64,000 nt of DNA from Heterodontus francisci (taxonomy: Eukaryota), in NCBI RefSeq assembly GCF_036365525.1, contig NC_090393.1, forward strand, positions 54,824,488 through 54,888,487. The letters run 5' to 3'. Shown in pieces: positions 50,345-62,198 of this stretch (the first letter of the stretch is position 1; every line of letters begins with the position of its first letter). Under the pieces are notes generated by a model, which saw nothing but the letters and a program-made list of their open reading frames with translations, did no database searches and was not told the origin of the DNA. The translations under genes and the position numbers were made by a program.

Positions 50345-51984
50345 TCCCTAAAAATGTTGTGGCTGTTCGGTAAATTTAAGTTTTGAGAAATGAAATCGAT
50401 AGATTTTTGTAGCGTAAATATATCAAGAGTTAGGGAGCAGAAAGTGGCGCAATGGAATCTCGGGACATATTCGGAATGATCCAATAGAAAGATGGAACAG
50501 GCTCAATGGGTTCTTGTTCCAATGTTTCAATGTAACTTCTGGAAAGGAGCTTAAATCCGAAATGTTCTGATCCAAGCCTAAGAAAGAAACTAACTGAGAC
50601 AAACCAACAGCCAGACGTGTAAATATTTTGAAGGTGTAATCTCTTATTCTGTTAAAATGGTTTTTGAAATTTAACTTGCAACAGAGGTGATTTGAATGGA
50701 GCAATTTATAATACAGGCTTCGCCCTTTCTGTAGCATGTAACTAAGTGTTCGAGGAAAAGTGCCGTTTGAGTCTGATTATTTGAAGGTTTCTGGGGGGGT
50801 TTCTGACAGAAATAAATAATTTTTTTCAAACAGGAGCAAAAATTCGAATACTGATCCCGGGTAGTATTCATGCAAAATGAATCTGATTCGAAGGTCCCTC
50901 CACGCGGGATCTACCACTGATGTTTATTACAATGCGATAAGCATGCCAAACGAAAGATGGGAAAAGTGCGTCAGTCCCATAGTTGCTGAGGAGATCCACC
51001 CCTGCACCCTTCTGTACTGTTGTCTTCTTGATAGATAAAAAAAAAACGAAATACATGTGGCAAATTCCAGAAAAGTTCTGGGATTTTTTTTCCGGAGCCC
51101 TTGAAGGCGATCAATCAAGCTCCCGGAGCTCATAGTCACCCAGGACGCATCATTTGATCGAATCAAACTAATCTCTCTCCAGCCAGTATGTCCTAGTTTA
51201 TTTAAAAACATAGAGCTATACAAGACAGGAAATGACCGTCTTCATCCATAAAGTCTTTCCAAAGACAACAAACCAGTAATCCCAGTTTCCCTCTGGTAAC
51301 CTCAATATCCCTGTCCGCAAAACGAACATCAACTTCTTAAAATGTGTAACTTATCTTAACATTTCTAAGCTAATCACTATGCAATATAGTTATTCGTTAC
51401 ATATTAGTGAAGTTATGAATTGATGACTACCATGAAGCGCAAAATTGAGAATGTCACACTATCTAAATCATTTCCACAGAGTGTAAAGATCCTCCTGGAA
51501 AGCACACCCGCTCCAACTCTCTGATTCGGAATCTTTAATAGCATCGTGTCGAGGAATTATAAAAGATTTCATGTTAAAGTTTTCTCTTAATGTTTGCTTT
51601 TTTAAACATCTACACGAGGCGCTAATCACAGTGGGAATACAATAAAAGCCGATCACAAGTATCCACCTGTTTATCAACGCCGTTTCAGACAGATCAACTA
51701 ATGCTTTACGAATACGCTTCAAAACATCAAGGCATAACAATTAGATTGCTGCAGGCTCAATTGCCCTTACCAAAAATATTCGGAAGATTTTGGAACATCA
51801 TCCATAATCTTGCTATTTGAGGGTGGCAGTTTCATGAGCATTTGGCAAAAGCAAAATAGAAATGCACTTTCCTCCAAGCACCAGGAGAGAATGGGGAATT
51901 ATCAATGTATGTTCTGTATATCACTACAATTGGCTTAAGCTAAAACTTGAAATCTCAGATCTGCATAGCGAAAATTGTACTTAC

Positions 51985-52335
51985 TGCCCAGATTCAGTTT
52001 CGTTCCTTCCCCGAAAATGAATCCACCAGCCCTGGAATCCCAGCCACCACAATAATAATCAGCGGCATCCTCAGATTGTACATCGGTGACGGTTAAATGC
52101 ATAACGTTCCTCGACGTGTCCCTGGACCCAGTGAATCGATCAGGAATCCCCGAACCCCTGGTAGAATCATAGTCTCGCCAAACAAAGACAGGGGCACTGC
52201 CGGGTTTCTGCCAGTACCAGCTCGTATGGTAGATGCCCATGCTGCCTCCGGACATAGTGCAAGTGATTTTGACGGTTTTTCCCTGTGAAGTTGAGATGGA
52301 CTCTGGCTGAGTTAGCACAGTACCCGCAATGGTAC
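51985..52335 (-). CDS. IGL: Ig light chain (lambda/type II) germline-joined V-J exon, cluster 2
   Basis: 351-nt exon, acceptor tttcaccag|GTACC, donor GGCA|gtaagt. Encodes TIA-GTVLTQP...DYYC-GGWDSRAGGFI-FGEGTKLNLG, open frame, about 30 substitutions and no indels versus cluster 1. Confidence 0.97.
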
Positions 52336-52478
52336 CTGGTGAAATAAAAGAGTGATTAAAATGAGAGATTAGTGACACTTCAGTAAAACCATGTAAGGTA
52401 GTTGCAATCCATATTCGCCCAACTCAAATACTGCACCCGATCAGCGTAAATACAAAAATAAGTGAGTTCCATACTTAC

Positions 52479-52527
52479 ATTGCAAACAGAGCGTCAGGGC
52501 TGCGAGAACATGAAGCCACTCATTCAT
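52479..52527 (-). CDS. IGL: Leader exon of IgL cluster 2
   Basis: ATG at 52527, 49 nt encoding MNEWLHVLAALTLCLQ + T, gtaagt donor, phase 1. Confidence 0.95.
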
Positions 52528-52615
52528 TTTGTAGATTTTTTATCAAGATCGGGGCCAAATGTTTCCCTACACGAGCCTAATGATTCGACACCTTCGAACC
52601 CGCTTCTTAACAACA

Positions 52616-52712
52616 TTTAAACTGGAGGATACACGTCACATTTATTATTTATGCAAATTTCTATCACGTGCTGGCCGTTTATTGGATCCTTGGAATTGTT
52701 CTGATTGACGTT
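52616..52712 (-). promoter_or_regulatory. IgL promoter, cluster 2: octamer ATTTGCAT (52651-52658), TTTAAA (52616-52621), CACGTG, CCAAT, TGACGT
   Basis: Perfect octamer 124 nt upstream of the ATG; homologous to the cluster 1 promoter. Confidence 0.9.
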
Positions 52713-53749
52713 TGTTAAAGCGACTTTTAGCCATTTTCTAATGCTAGACTCATCCACGACATACAAAAACAGTTGAACTGAAATTGCGTATCCGTCTTCC
52801 CATGAGGACGCTAAATGAGTTCATATGAAATTCGATTGGTTTCTATTTAACTGAGATATTGCATTATTTAAATTCTGTAAAATGGCTGTCAATTGAAATT
52901 CGTTCAAATTTGAAAGGAAAAACTATACAGTGAAATTTGGCCCAACTTGTCTTTGAAGAATTGAACACTGTTCAAACGAAAGAAAGACCAAGCGACAATG
53001 TTCAGCCACTGCAGCAAGACAATTGGAGGCTGCCAGCAGAGCGTTGCACGTCGCTTATCTCCTTATTCTTCCACCAAAACGAGCCGATTTTCCGATTTCC
53101 TTCAATTTTAGGATTCATCGCCACGAAGAAGCAACATTTTTTTTTAATCTGCAAAGTCGATGGCAATTTCCGGTAAATTGGTTCTCCCAAAAAAGCTTTA
53201 AAACTGCAGATTTGTGTTTTATAGGGGAGTTTTTCTTTAGAGCTAGAATGACGTCAATTTCAGTCAAAACAAAGGGGGTGATGCTTTGTTCATTAACGAG
53301 ATCTTGGAATCGTCAGAGTGCAGATTGTGCTACTCGTGCTCCCGGCAGGCGATCATCTGGGACTGCGAACTGGTACATGCTGTAGAGGTGCATTGCGAAT
53401 TCATTTGTGTCATTGCGTGGAAGAGCGTGAACTGTGTGAGCCGACACATTTCGTTTACTTTGGTCACAAGGAATGATGTTGAACTAAGGCACTGCTAATT
53501 AGGGCAGTTACGCAGAGATGAACATTCCATTCTGACTTTTAAGCTGCACAGCAAACAGAATGGTAAGATCTCCAAATGAGAGCGACTCTTTCAAACAGGA
53601 AATAATTTCATCAACGAACTGCACAAACAGTTCACGGCAACATTTCTCAATCATGTGTCAAGTGTTAAATATTTCATTTCCTCTCCCTTTGGCTGTCCAC
53701 ACAAGAGTTTCCAGTGTTTGATACTCAGGACAATTGCATCCAATGAACA

Positions 53750-54470
53750 TTCCGTCATCCACCATATCCAACCAGACAACCACCCCCACCACATCCCCAC
53801 CATACCGTACGCTCCCCCACGCACCCCACATACCACACACACCCCGCGCACACGTACACAAATCCCACACCACCTCACACACACATTCCCGTCCACACAC
53901 ACACACTGTCCCACACAAGCAACACTCCTCTCACATACACACCCACCCACCATCCCTCCACCCACACTTTCCCCACACACATCAGCACACACACACACAC
54001 TGCACACCCCGAGACACACTGTCGCCCACGCATATCAAGTCCCATACAAAGTCTCCCCACACACACCACACGACCGCACACTCCATAGACCACGCCCCCA
54101 TCCGCGCACATATGCCACTCTTTCCATACACACTTCACCCGGACACACTCCACTCCCCACACGCATACATACCCGGCTCGCACCACCATCGCTACTCGAT
54201 TCCGCACCGCCCCCACCAAATCATCTCACACACATACAGACACACATATACACCATCCCACATACGCACTCACCCACACAAGCTACTCCCCCCAAATACA
54301 CCATGCACACCACCCATTTCTCACCCCCCCCCCCACACATATACATACACCACCACACACAGAGAAACCACCCCTCCCCCACACTCATGTACCCCGCCCC
54401 CACACACAAATACCCCGCACCTACCTAAAACACTGACACCTCCCCAACCTCCCAACACACAGCTGTACAC
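53750..54470. repeat. CA-rich low-complexity tract
   Basis: Degenerate (CA)n / C-rich sequence. Confidence 0.9.
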
Positions 54471-57400
54471 ATGTTCGGTGTCTTGACGCTTTATTCTATT
54501 CTTTTTGCCTTGTAGAACTCATTAAAATATTTTATGTGTCAACAAATTTCAACGAACAGTAGCCTGAATATGTAGATACCCTGAAATAATGAAAAGAATC
54601 GTGAACTTTTCCTAACCGTCTGATTTCTGTAGTGTGCAGAAGTTATTGATCTCACGAACGTGGTCATGCAGGCAACCCCATTAATAACACCTTCAGAAAC
54701 AGAAATGGTGACCATAGGTACAGAATCTAGTACGTTCATGTCCAATATCCTTGTCAAAAATGCAATTTCATTATTTTTCACGGCTTTATATGAGTGCCCA
54801 CGAATAGCAGAGATGCATTTACAGGTGAGCTAAGTAAGCATCTGAGATAGCAGGGAATAGAAGAATGTGCAGAGAGATAGATGAAGTAGGGTTGATGGAG
54901 GCTGATGGGAGTAAAAACGGCGGCAGAGACCATTTAAGCTAAATGCTCTGTTTTGCACTGTACACTCAAAGTAACTGCCTGATTGACTGCAGCTCCAACA
55001 ATACTCAAAAAGCTCGACAGCATACAGGACAAAGCAGCCCGCTTGATCGGCACCCCCTCTGCCACCTCAAACATTCACTCGTTCCGCCACCGGCACACAG
55101 TGGCAGCAGTGTGTACGATATGCAAGATGCACTGCAGCATCTCGCCAAGCCTCCTTCGACAGCACCTTCCAAACCGGCAAACACTTTCACCGAGAAAGAC
55201 CAGGGCAGGAGACGCGTGGGAACGCCGCCACCTCCAAGATACGCATCATCCTGACTTGGAACTATATCGCCGTTCCTCACTGCCGATGGGTCAAAATCCG
55301 GAACTCGCTTCCAAACAGTGCCTACCACACACAGACTGCAGCAGTTCAAGAAGGTGGGTCTCCATCACATTTTCAAAGGCAATTAGGAATGGGCTACAAA
55401 GGCTGGCCTTGCCAGTGACACTCACATCGCTTGAAAGAACTTAAAAAACAACTTCTGATGAGATTATTGGAGCACAATCGAGCAAAGTTTTAGAACACAA
55501 ATGCTCATTTTCTTCCCTTTTTCTCTTGCATTAAAAAATATTCCTTGATACATTTAATGGTGGTACTCCTGTACACATTTATTAATGCAGCTGAAAATGG
55601 GTGCATTAAAGTAAGCATTATTAATAAGAATGGCTACTCCATTCCTGTGAGTAACCTGATTTTAAATAAAAATAACTTAAAAATATACAGTATTATGTGT
55701 TAGTTCCATTGATGTATACTAGTCAGTTTCTTCGTAAATAAAACGTTTTCAATATTTAAAAGCTTGTTAAATGTGTCTATAGCGCCCTTGTGCCTAAAAA
55801 AGCTGAATTTTAAGAGCCTGGTTAAACGGGGTGAATCAGTGCTAATTAGCGGTAACGAGCCATGAAGTTTCTACAATGTTTCCATTTGGTATAATTGACC
55901 AATACTCGAGATTCCTAAATCATTAGACATCTGGATTCATGATAGAGTATTTGTTTAAATGTCGTTGTTTCTGAGCATCCGCTTTAACCATACAAGTGTA
56001 AAGATCGTATGAACTCCACTCTGGGGCTGGAAGATTCACATAAGAGTCGCCTACTGACTTGGTTTTGATAAACCCTAATATCTAAACGATTCCATGTTCA
56101 CTCGTATTGGTTTTGTAACTGACATTTAATCAGCACAAGTGAGACGTGATGCATTAGAACATCTGAGCAGCAGTTTTCAGAAACCGAATTATATTCCTCC
56201 GTTGTGATCGAGGTAGAAATTTTAATGACAAAGGTCTTCGTCCTCTGGACCAGGACCCCGCTCTGTCCTCTGAGCTTCTCCTGACTGCACCCTTTGGCCA
56301 ATGCCCCTGCTCCGTCTTTCTGAAGTCTTGGACATCTAAGGTTCATCCGAACCCCATCTTAAATATCTTCCTACAATTCAGAACCACTGAATCAATCATT
56401 GGTTTACGCCCAGAATCTCATTGTCTAATTAAAGAAATGCAAGTACAAACTATCTCTGCTTGTTCAAATTTCGATCGCTTATTTTCCCTGCTGGGACTGT
56501 TATCAGTACAGCTGTTGTAGAAGAAGAAACCTGCCTCTACAATGGAGAGTTCTATACTGGAGAATTTGGATTGTTCTGATCATATCCGAATTGATCAGAT
56601 CAGTTTTTAGATGAGTACAACTATTGTCATACAGAGAACGTGTCGCTCACGTTGAGGAATTTGGCTCTTTTGATCACACACAAAATTGATTAATTAACCC
56701 GCCTATTCGATCATAGTTGCCTCTGCTTACTGTCCTATTCTCTCTTTCTTACTTTGATAGCAGACTTTTTCACGTAATTCTAGCCAGATTTCTTACACGT
56801 GTCTTTTAATTGTCTTGTTTCTCCTTCTATTTTTGTCAGCTTGCATCACGCCCTATAACTGTCATCTGCTGGTCTGAGATGGCAGTTATATATTGAAACG
56901 GTGGAATATGCATACTTCAATGAAACATTTATTCTTATTAAGCCATTAATAAACCTGGAGGATTCTCAAGTAATACCACCAACTGTTATCCACAATCCGC
57001 TCAATGGTCACATCACCTGGGTTAAAATCATTCACAAAATGCTAAATTCATCCGATGAAGGCTGACAAACAAACATCGATTGACCACCGGGATATGGAAA
57101 CAGAAATGTGGAAAACTGAAGGAATATGACTCGAGATACAAAAAAATATATAAGTTTACAGCGAAATAGTTTGCAAATCGTAATAGCACGAGCTAGAATT
57201 TCCATCTGATTTACGTACAAATAAATGGTTGATTTGGATGCAAACCCACTCAGAGAATAGCGTGGAAATTTGGGCGGAAGTTAGTTACGCTTGTAATTGT
57301 ATTTCACCTAAGTATGGGCTGCTGTATATATGCGTTCATTGAACCCAGCTTGCGAATGAATCCCTGCCCATAAAATTGGTGCCGCCGCCATAAACTAATT

Positions 57401-57859
57401 GTTCCTTTTTTACTTGGACGGGGGTGGGGGGGGGGGGGGAGGAGGCGACGGCGGTTGTTCATTGAATTGCGGCCAGATTCTCAGGCATAATGTACTCATG
57501 GTCACATGAATGTAGTGTTACTCAGCTGATCAGCAGTGATTTGAAACCACAAACATGCCCTGTTATTGCAGAAACTAACCATTCGTAAAAAACAATTGAA
57601 GAATGGTTCATTTCCTGCCCATGTTACTGGGTTTTGCAATACTGCAAGAGAAGGTAGAGCAGTGAGTTCCAGAGACCAGAGGTCCAGAGACTTAAGCACA
57701 AAGAATAAGGAACTACAGGCAAAGCTTGCTCCTCACTCACAGGTACCCACGGAGTGTACACGCACCCCACGAGATACGATAAAACGGCGGCACACTATCT
57801 AAGACTCACTAAGGATACAATTGGTTGAATGTGCGAATTACTGCAGAGCGATCTGAAGC

Positions 57860-58100
57860 CTTGGGCCATTATGGTTCAGATAAAGGTCATCACAGCTCTG
57901 TATGCAGTTCGTTCCAGGCATTCACTGGAGACCTGCAGTGTATCAGTCAAGGGGCACTGAAAGTCAACATCTGGAAAGTGACAGGTGCACCATTCCGCAG
58001 GACTAGCAAGTTCGTTGCATTTGATATATCACCGTCGGAGCAAAGTGGAGGCCATTGGCCTTCTACAGAGTTGCTGCCTTCCCAACTTTGCATCTGCAGA
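57860..58100 (+). mobile_element. PIF/Harbinger (HARBI1-like) transposase remnant
   Basis: SSFQAFTGDLQCISQGALKVNIWKVTGAPFRRTSKFVAF, then FYRVAAFP in a shifted frame. Confidence 0.65.
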
Positions 58101-58206
58101 AGGTCGCGACTTTGACAGCCTGGTAAAGGAGCCGATCGAGACGGCAAATGTACTATCACGAGATCCCGACAGAGCCCGTTTACAAGAGGCAGCGCTGTCA
58201 GACAAA

Positions 58207-58429
58207 GCCAAAAGACTTGCAGATTGGTAGGTAAATTGGCCATTATAAATTGCCCCTAGTATAGGTAGGTGGTAGGGAAATATAGGGACAGGTGGGGATG
58301 TGGTATGAATATGGGATTAGTGTAGGATCAGTATAAATGGGTGGTTGATGGTCGGCACAGACTCGGTGGGCCGAAGGGCCTGTTTCAGTGCTGTATCTCT
58401 AAAACCAAACTAAAACTAAACTAAACTAA
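58207..58429 (+). mobile_element. 5'-truncated HE1-like SINE
   Basis: Closely matches the 3' half of the 61230-61593 element, with (CTAAA)n tail. Confidence 0.85.
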
Positions 58430-58663
58430 TGGCTTGTGAAGCAATTTTGCCTTGGATTTTTCGGAGGCGGCACAGGTGCCAGTGGGGGCGGGGCTGCCAC
58501 GTGGCCTGCCGTCCAATTAAGGATTAAGATTGCCCAAACAGGAGAGCTCCCTCCCTGGAGCCGGCTCGGAGGCTGCCTGTTGCTCTTCCCGTGCCAGAGG
58601 GGCCTCCCCACTCCTGGTACAAAGCAAGCGGAGGCGGGAAGAGGCCCTTAATTGGCCACGCCT

Positions 58664-58824
58664 TCCCATGCCATTTTGCCAGCATTGCCACCTCTGACCC
58701 AGTCCTCGAAGGGTCCGGGAACAGGGATGTTGCTGCCTGCATCCCATGCCATTTTGCCAGCATTCCCGCCTCCGACGCAGTCCTCGAAGGGTCCGGGAAC
58801 AGGGATGTTGCTGCCTGCATCCCA
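58664..58824. repeat. 78-bp tandem duplication (2 copies, 4 mismatches)
   Basis: TCCCATGCCATTTTGCCAGCATT… starts at 58664 and 58742; TCCCA recurs at 58820. Confidence 0.92.
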
Positions 58825-59579
58825 GGACTGAGATCCTGGGCTGCCTAGTGCATCCTCCACCCCTCCAGCCACTCTCCCAAAGACTGAAGGGGAGAAATCT
58901 GAGGCTGCATTAAGTTTGGGTTACTGGTTTCTTCTTTGTCGATCCCTTGCAGATGATATGTCAGATATGTCAAAGTAGCAATTAACTGCTGCATGAATTC
59001 CTGACGTTGTACCGTCGCCTGTGTGATGCTGCTGCAGATCTCCACTGCAGAATGTGACAGCAGGCCGACAAGCACGCTGATGTTCTCGTTGATGTCGATC
59101 AGTCTCCTCATTCCCCTTTACTACACCATCAACAGCCACCTTTACATGCCTGCAGCTGGGGATGCCACGCGCAAATATTTTAGATCGAATAATTGATTTT
59201 TCCCTCGATTAGGTGTGACCTTCAGGACAAATATTATATCTTAAAATGCAAAGGCCACCATCCACCAATGATTCTTTGAGTCCTCGAGGGTGTAAGATCA
59301 TGTGGTTTGTTTGGGACCTTAGGTTTATTTGTGGAAAATGCTGTAACACTGTACAAGATGGAATAGTTTATTAAAATTCCTTATAATTGTTTGTGTTACC
59401 TGAGAAGAATTAGTTTTCATCCAGGAAAACCTTAATTCCACATGTCGTTGCTTCCTTTTCTCTTTCTCCAATTTCTCATTTCAAATGCTTAAATATTCCT
59501 GCAGCCTTTGATATACGTGGAAGACACAGCAAACTCGAGGCAAGAGTTCAAGTTTCAGGTGACTTTACCTCTAAAGGTT

Positions 59580-59750
59580 ATGGATTCGAGGGCCGCTCCA
59601 TGATTTTGACCATATAACACAGGCTGACACTTCCGTGCAGTACTGAGGGGGTGGTGCAAAGTCAGAGGTGCCCCTTTTGGTTGAGAGGTTAAACCACGGC
59701 CGCTTTAACTGTTCAGATCAACTTAAAAATCCCACAGCAATGTTTCTTAG
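59580..59750 (+). mobile_element. DeuSINE (SacSINE1-like) fragment
   Basis: GGCTGACAC…GTGCAGTACTGAGGG…GAGGTGCC…GTTAAACC resembles the Deu-domain SINE body as recalled; not database-checked. Confidence 0.45.
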
Positions 59751-61229
59751 ATTTCAATGGAATTGAAAATGGAGCCAATTTGATACCGGTCGGCCCATCC
59801 GCAACGCCAATTTGTCTTTCCACAGATGCTGCCTGACCTGCTGAGTATTTCCAGCCATTACTGTTTTTTTTTCCATCTGCTCCTAAGTGCCCTGACCTAT
59901 TCCAACTGTCGAAGGAGAGGACGTGGCATTCAAATTTGATTCTATCCTCATAGACTATCAGTACGGGGGAACTTCCAACAAAGCACAGCGACCGGAAGCT
60001 GGCACTTTGACCGATTATTCCCTACCTATTAAAAAAAAATCCGGTGGTTCAAGCGATCCTTCTGCGGCCTTGACTGTGTTTAACTTAACGTACAAAACTG
60101 GGAACCGATTTTGGCATTTGCAAAGGACAGGTTTTTTTCCCCTCCCGTCTTGTGGGGGTTTCTTCTGTTATGTTACATGATAGACTGTGGTCTGTTACAG
60201 CTTGTAAATATTTTAGGCTCGAGTTTCACCTGTTTCTGCTAGATGTATCAGCACCATCTAGGCGGAATTGCTCAAATCAGCACAAAATATTGTGAAATGT
60301 AAAACTCATGTGAGTTTCGCACAAACCACTTGCGCTGCTGTTTTCTGCGGTCTTACACATGGGCTCAGAAATCAGAAATCAAGCCCGGCCCACAAAACTG
60401 GCCACGGCACCAGTTCCAAATTTAATGATCTGTGTCTTACCTCTTCTGTTTGGGTGATTGGGTTTTTCAAAATGTGGAATTCACAAAACTGAGGAAGAAT
60501 AAATAAACCTAGTTATAAAGAGTAAACAAATATCTTCATCTTATTAGAAGGTAGGGGGCAAAAACAAGAACTACACAGACTTCAAAGGAAAGAAAAAGCA
60601 AAATATTGCGGATGCTGGAAATCTGAAATAGAAACAGAAAGTGCTGGAATGCACAGCAAGTCTGGCAGCATCTGTGGAGAGAGAAACAGGCTTAACGTTT
60701 CAGATCTGTGAGGCTGTAAGGGGAGGAACGTGCCACCCCAAGACATCGGATGCACAGCCCAAGAGTCAACTGCTTACAAAAAACAGAGCACCAGTGCCTT
60801 AGGAGGCATGTGCCTATCCAGGCAGATGGTCTCAGTCGACAGTGTCTGACCCATTTCCCACACTTCTGCCCTCAGCCCTTCCCTTCCCTCCCAGAACCGT
60901 GACAAGATTTCCCTTGCCCTCACTTTACACCTCGCCAGCCTCCACATCCAAAGGATCATCCTCTGCCATTTCCACCATCTCCAGCGTGAAGTCACCACCA
61001 AACACATCGTCCCCTCCCCTCTCCTATCAGCATTCTGAAGCGACTGTTCCCTCCACGACATTCTGGTCCACTCCTCCAACACCCCCGACACCTCGTCCCC
61101 TTCCAGTAGTGCCTTCCCATGCATTTGCAGGATGTGCAACACCTGCCCTTTTACATCCTCTCTCCTCACCATTCAAGGCTCCAAACACTCCTTCTAGGTG
61201 AAGCAGCGATTTACTTGTACTTAGTTCAA

Positions 61230-61593
61230 TTTAGTTTAGTTTAGTTTAGTTTAGAGATACAGCACTGAAACAGGCCCTTCGGCCCACCGAGTCTGTGCCG
61301 ACCATTAACCACCCATTTATACGAATCCTACACTAATCCCATATTCCTGTCACATCCCCAACTGTCCCTATATATTTCCCTACCACCTACCTGTACTAGG
61401 GGCAATTTATAATGGCCAATTAACCTATCAACCTGCAAGTCTTTGGCATGTGGGAGGAAACCGGAGCACCCGGAGGAAACCCACGCAGACACAGGGAGAA
61501 CTTGCAAACTCCACACAGGCAGCACCCAGAATCGAACCCGGGTCCCTGGAGCTGTGAGGCTGCGGTGCTAACCACTGCGCCACTGTGCCGCCC
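61230..61593 (-). mobile_element. Full-length HE1-like V-SINE
   Basis: tRNA-like head (GTGGCGCAGTGGTTAGC…GGTTCGATTC), V-domain-like GTGGAGTTTGCA…GGGTTTCCTCCGGGTGCTCCGGTTTCCTCCCAC, CR1-like 3' end GGGCCGAAGGGCCTGT and (CTAAA)n tail. Interrupts a Penelope GIY-YIG region. Confidence 0.88.
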
Positions 61594-62161
61594 ATAATTA
61601 ATAATAAATAATAAATAGTAAATTTAGTACACTTTCGTCGCTGCTCACAATGTGGTCTCCTCTACATTGTGGAGACCAAACGCAGATTGGGTGACCACTT
61701 TGGAGAACACCTCTGCTCAGCCGCAAGCATGACCCTGTGCTTCTTCTAGTTGTTTGCCACTTTAATTCAACCCCCTGCTCTCACGCCCACATTTCTGTCG
61801 TCAGCCTGCCGCAGTGTTCCAGCGAAGCTCAACGTAAGCTGGATGAACAGCACCTCATCATAGGCACTTTAGAGCCTTCTTGAGTCAACATTGAATTGAA
61901 CAATTTCAGACCAGAACTGGAACTTAAACTTGTTTTTCATGTTTTTACTTTCGGCCAGAGCAATTTACTATTTTGCCATTAACACTCTCTCTGGACAAAT
62001 GCTTTGTATTTTACTACAATTACCACTCTCTGCTTTTTATTCTATGACATCTTTGTCATAACCTCTCCCGCCCTCTGCCCCATCACAGAACTTCCCTTTT
62101 GTTCTTCCCCCTCCTCCCTCCTTTCACTTGCTCAAAGCCTATTACATTTCGAACCTTAGTC

Positions 62162-62198
62162 AGTTCTGATGAAAGGTCATTGATCTGAAATGTTAACT
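62162..62198 (+). ncRNA. Minimal hammerhead ribozyme motif, partly decayed
   Basis: AGTT-CTGATGA-A-AGGTC att GATCT-GAAATGTT-AACT; CpG decay in the palindrome. Confidence 0.6.

Noticed and set aside
53651-54486. Long His/Thr/Pro-rich and Val/Cys-rich ORFs
   Set aside because: Artefacts of the CA-rich low-complexity tract.
58664-58824. CRISPR-like array or other prokaryotic system
   Set aside because: Simple two-copy tandem duplication without spacers, in vertebrate DNA.
61520-61593. tRNA genes (also near 2930 and 46740)
   Set aside because: These are SINE heads with A/B boxes but no full cloverleaf, continuing into SINE bodies.
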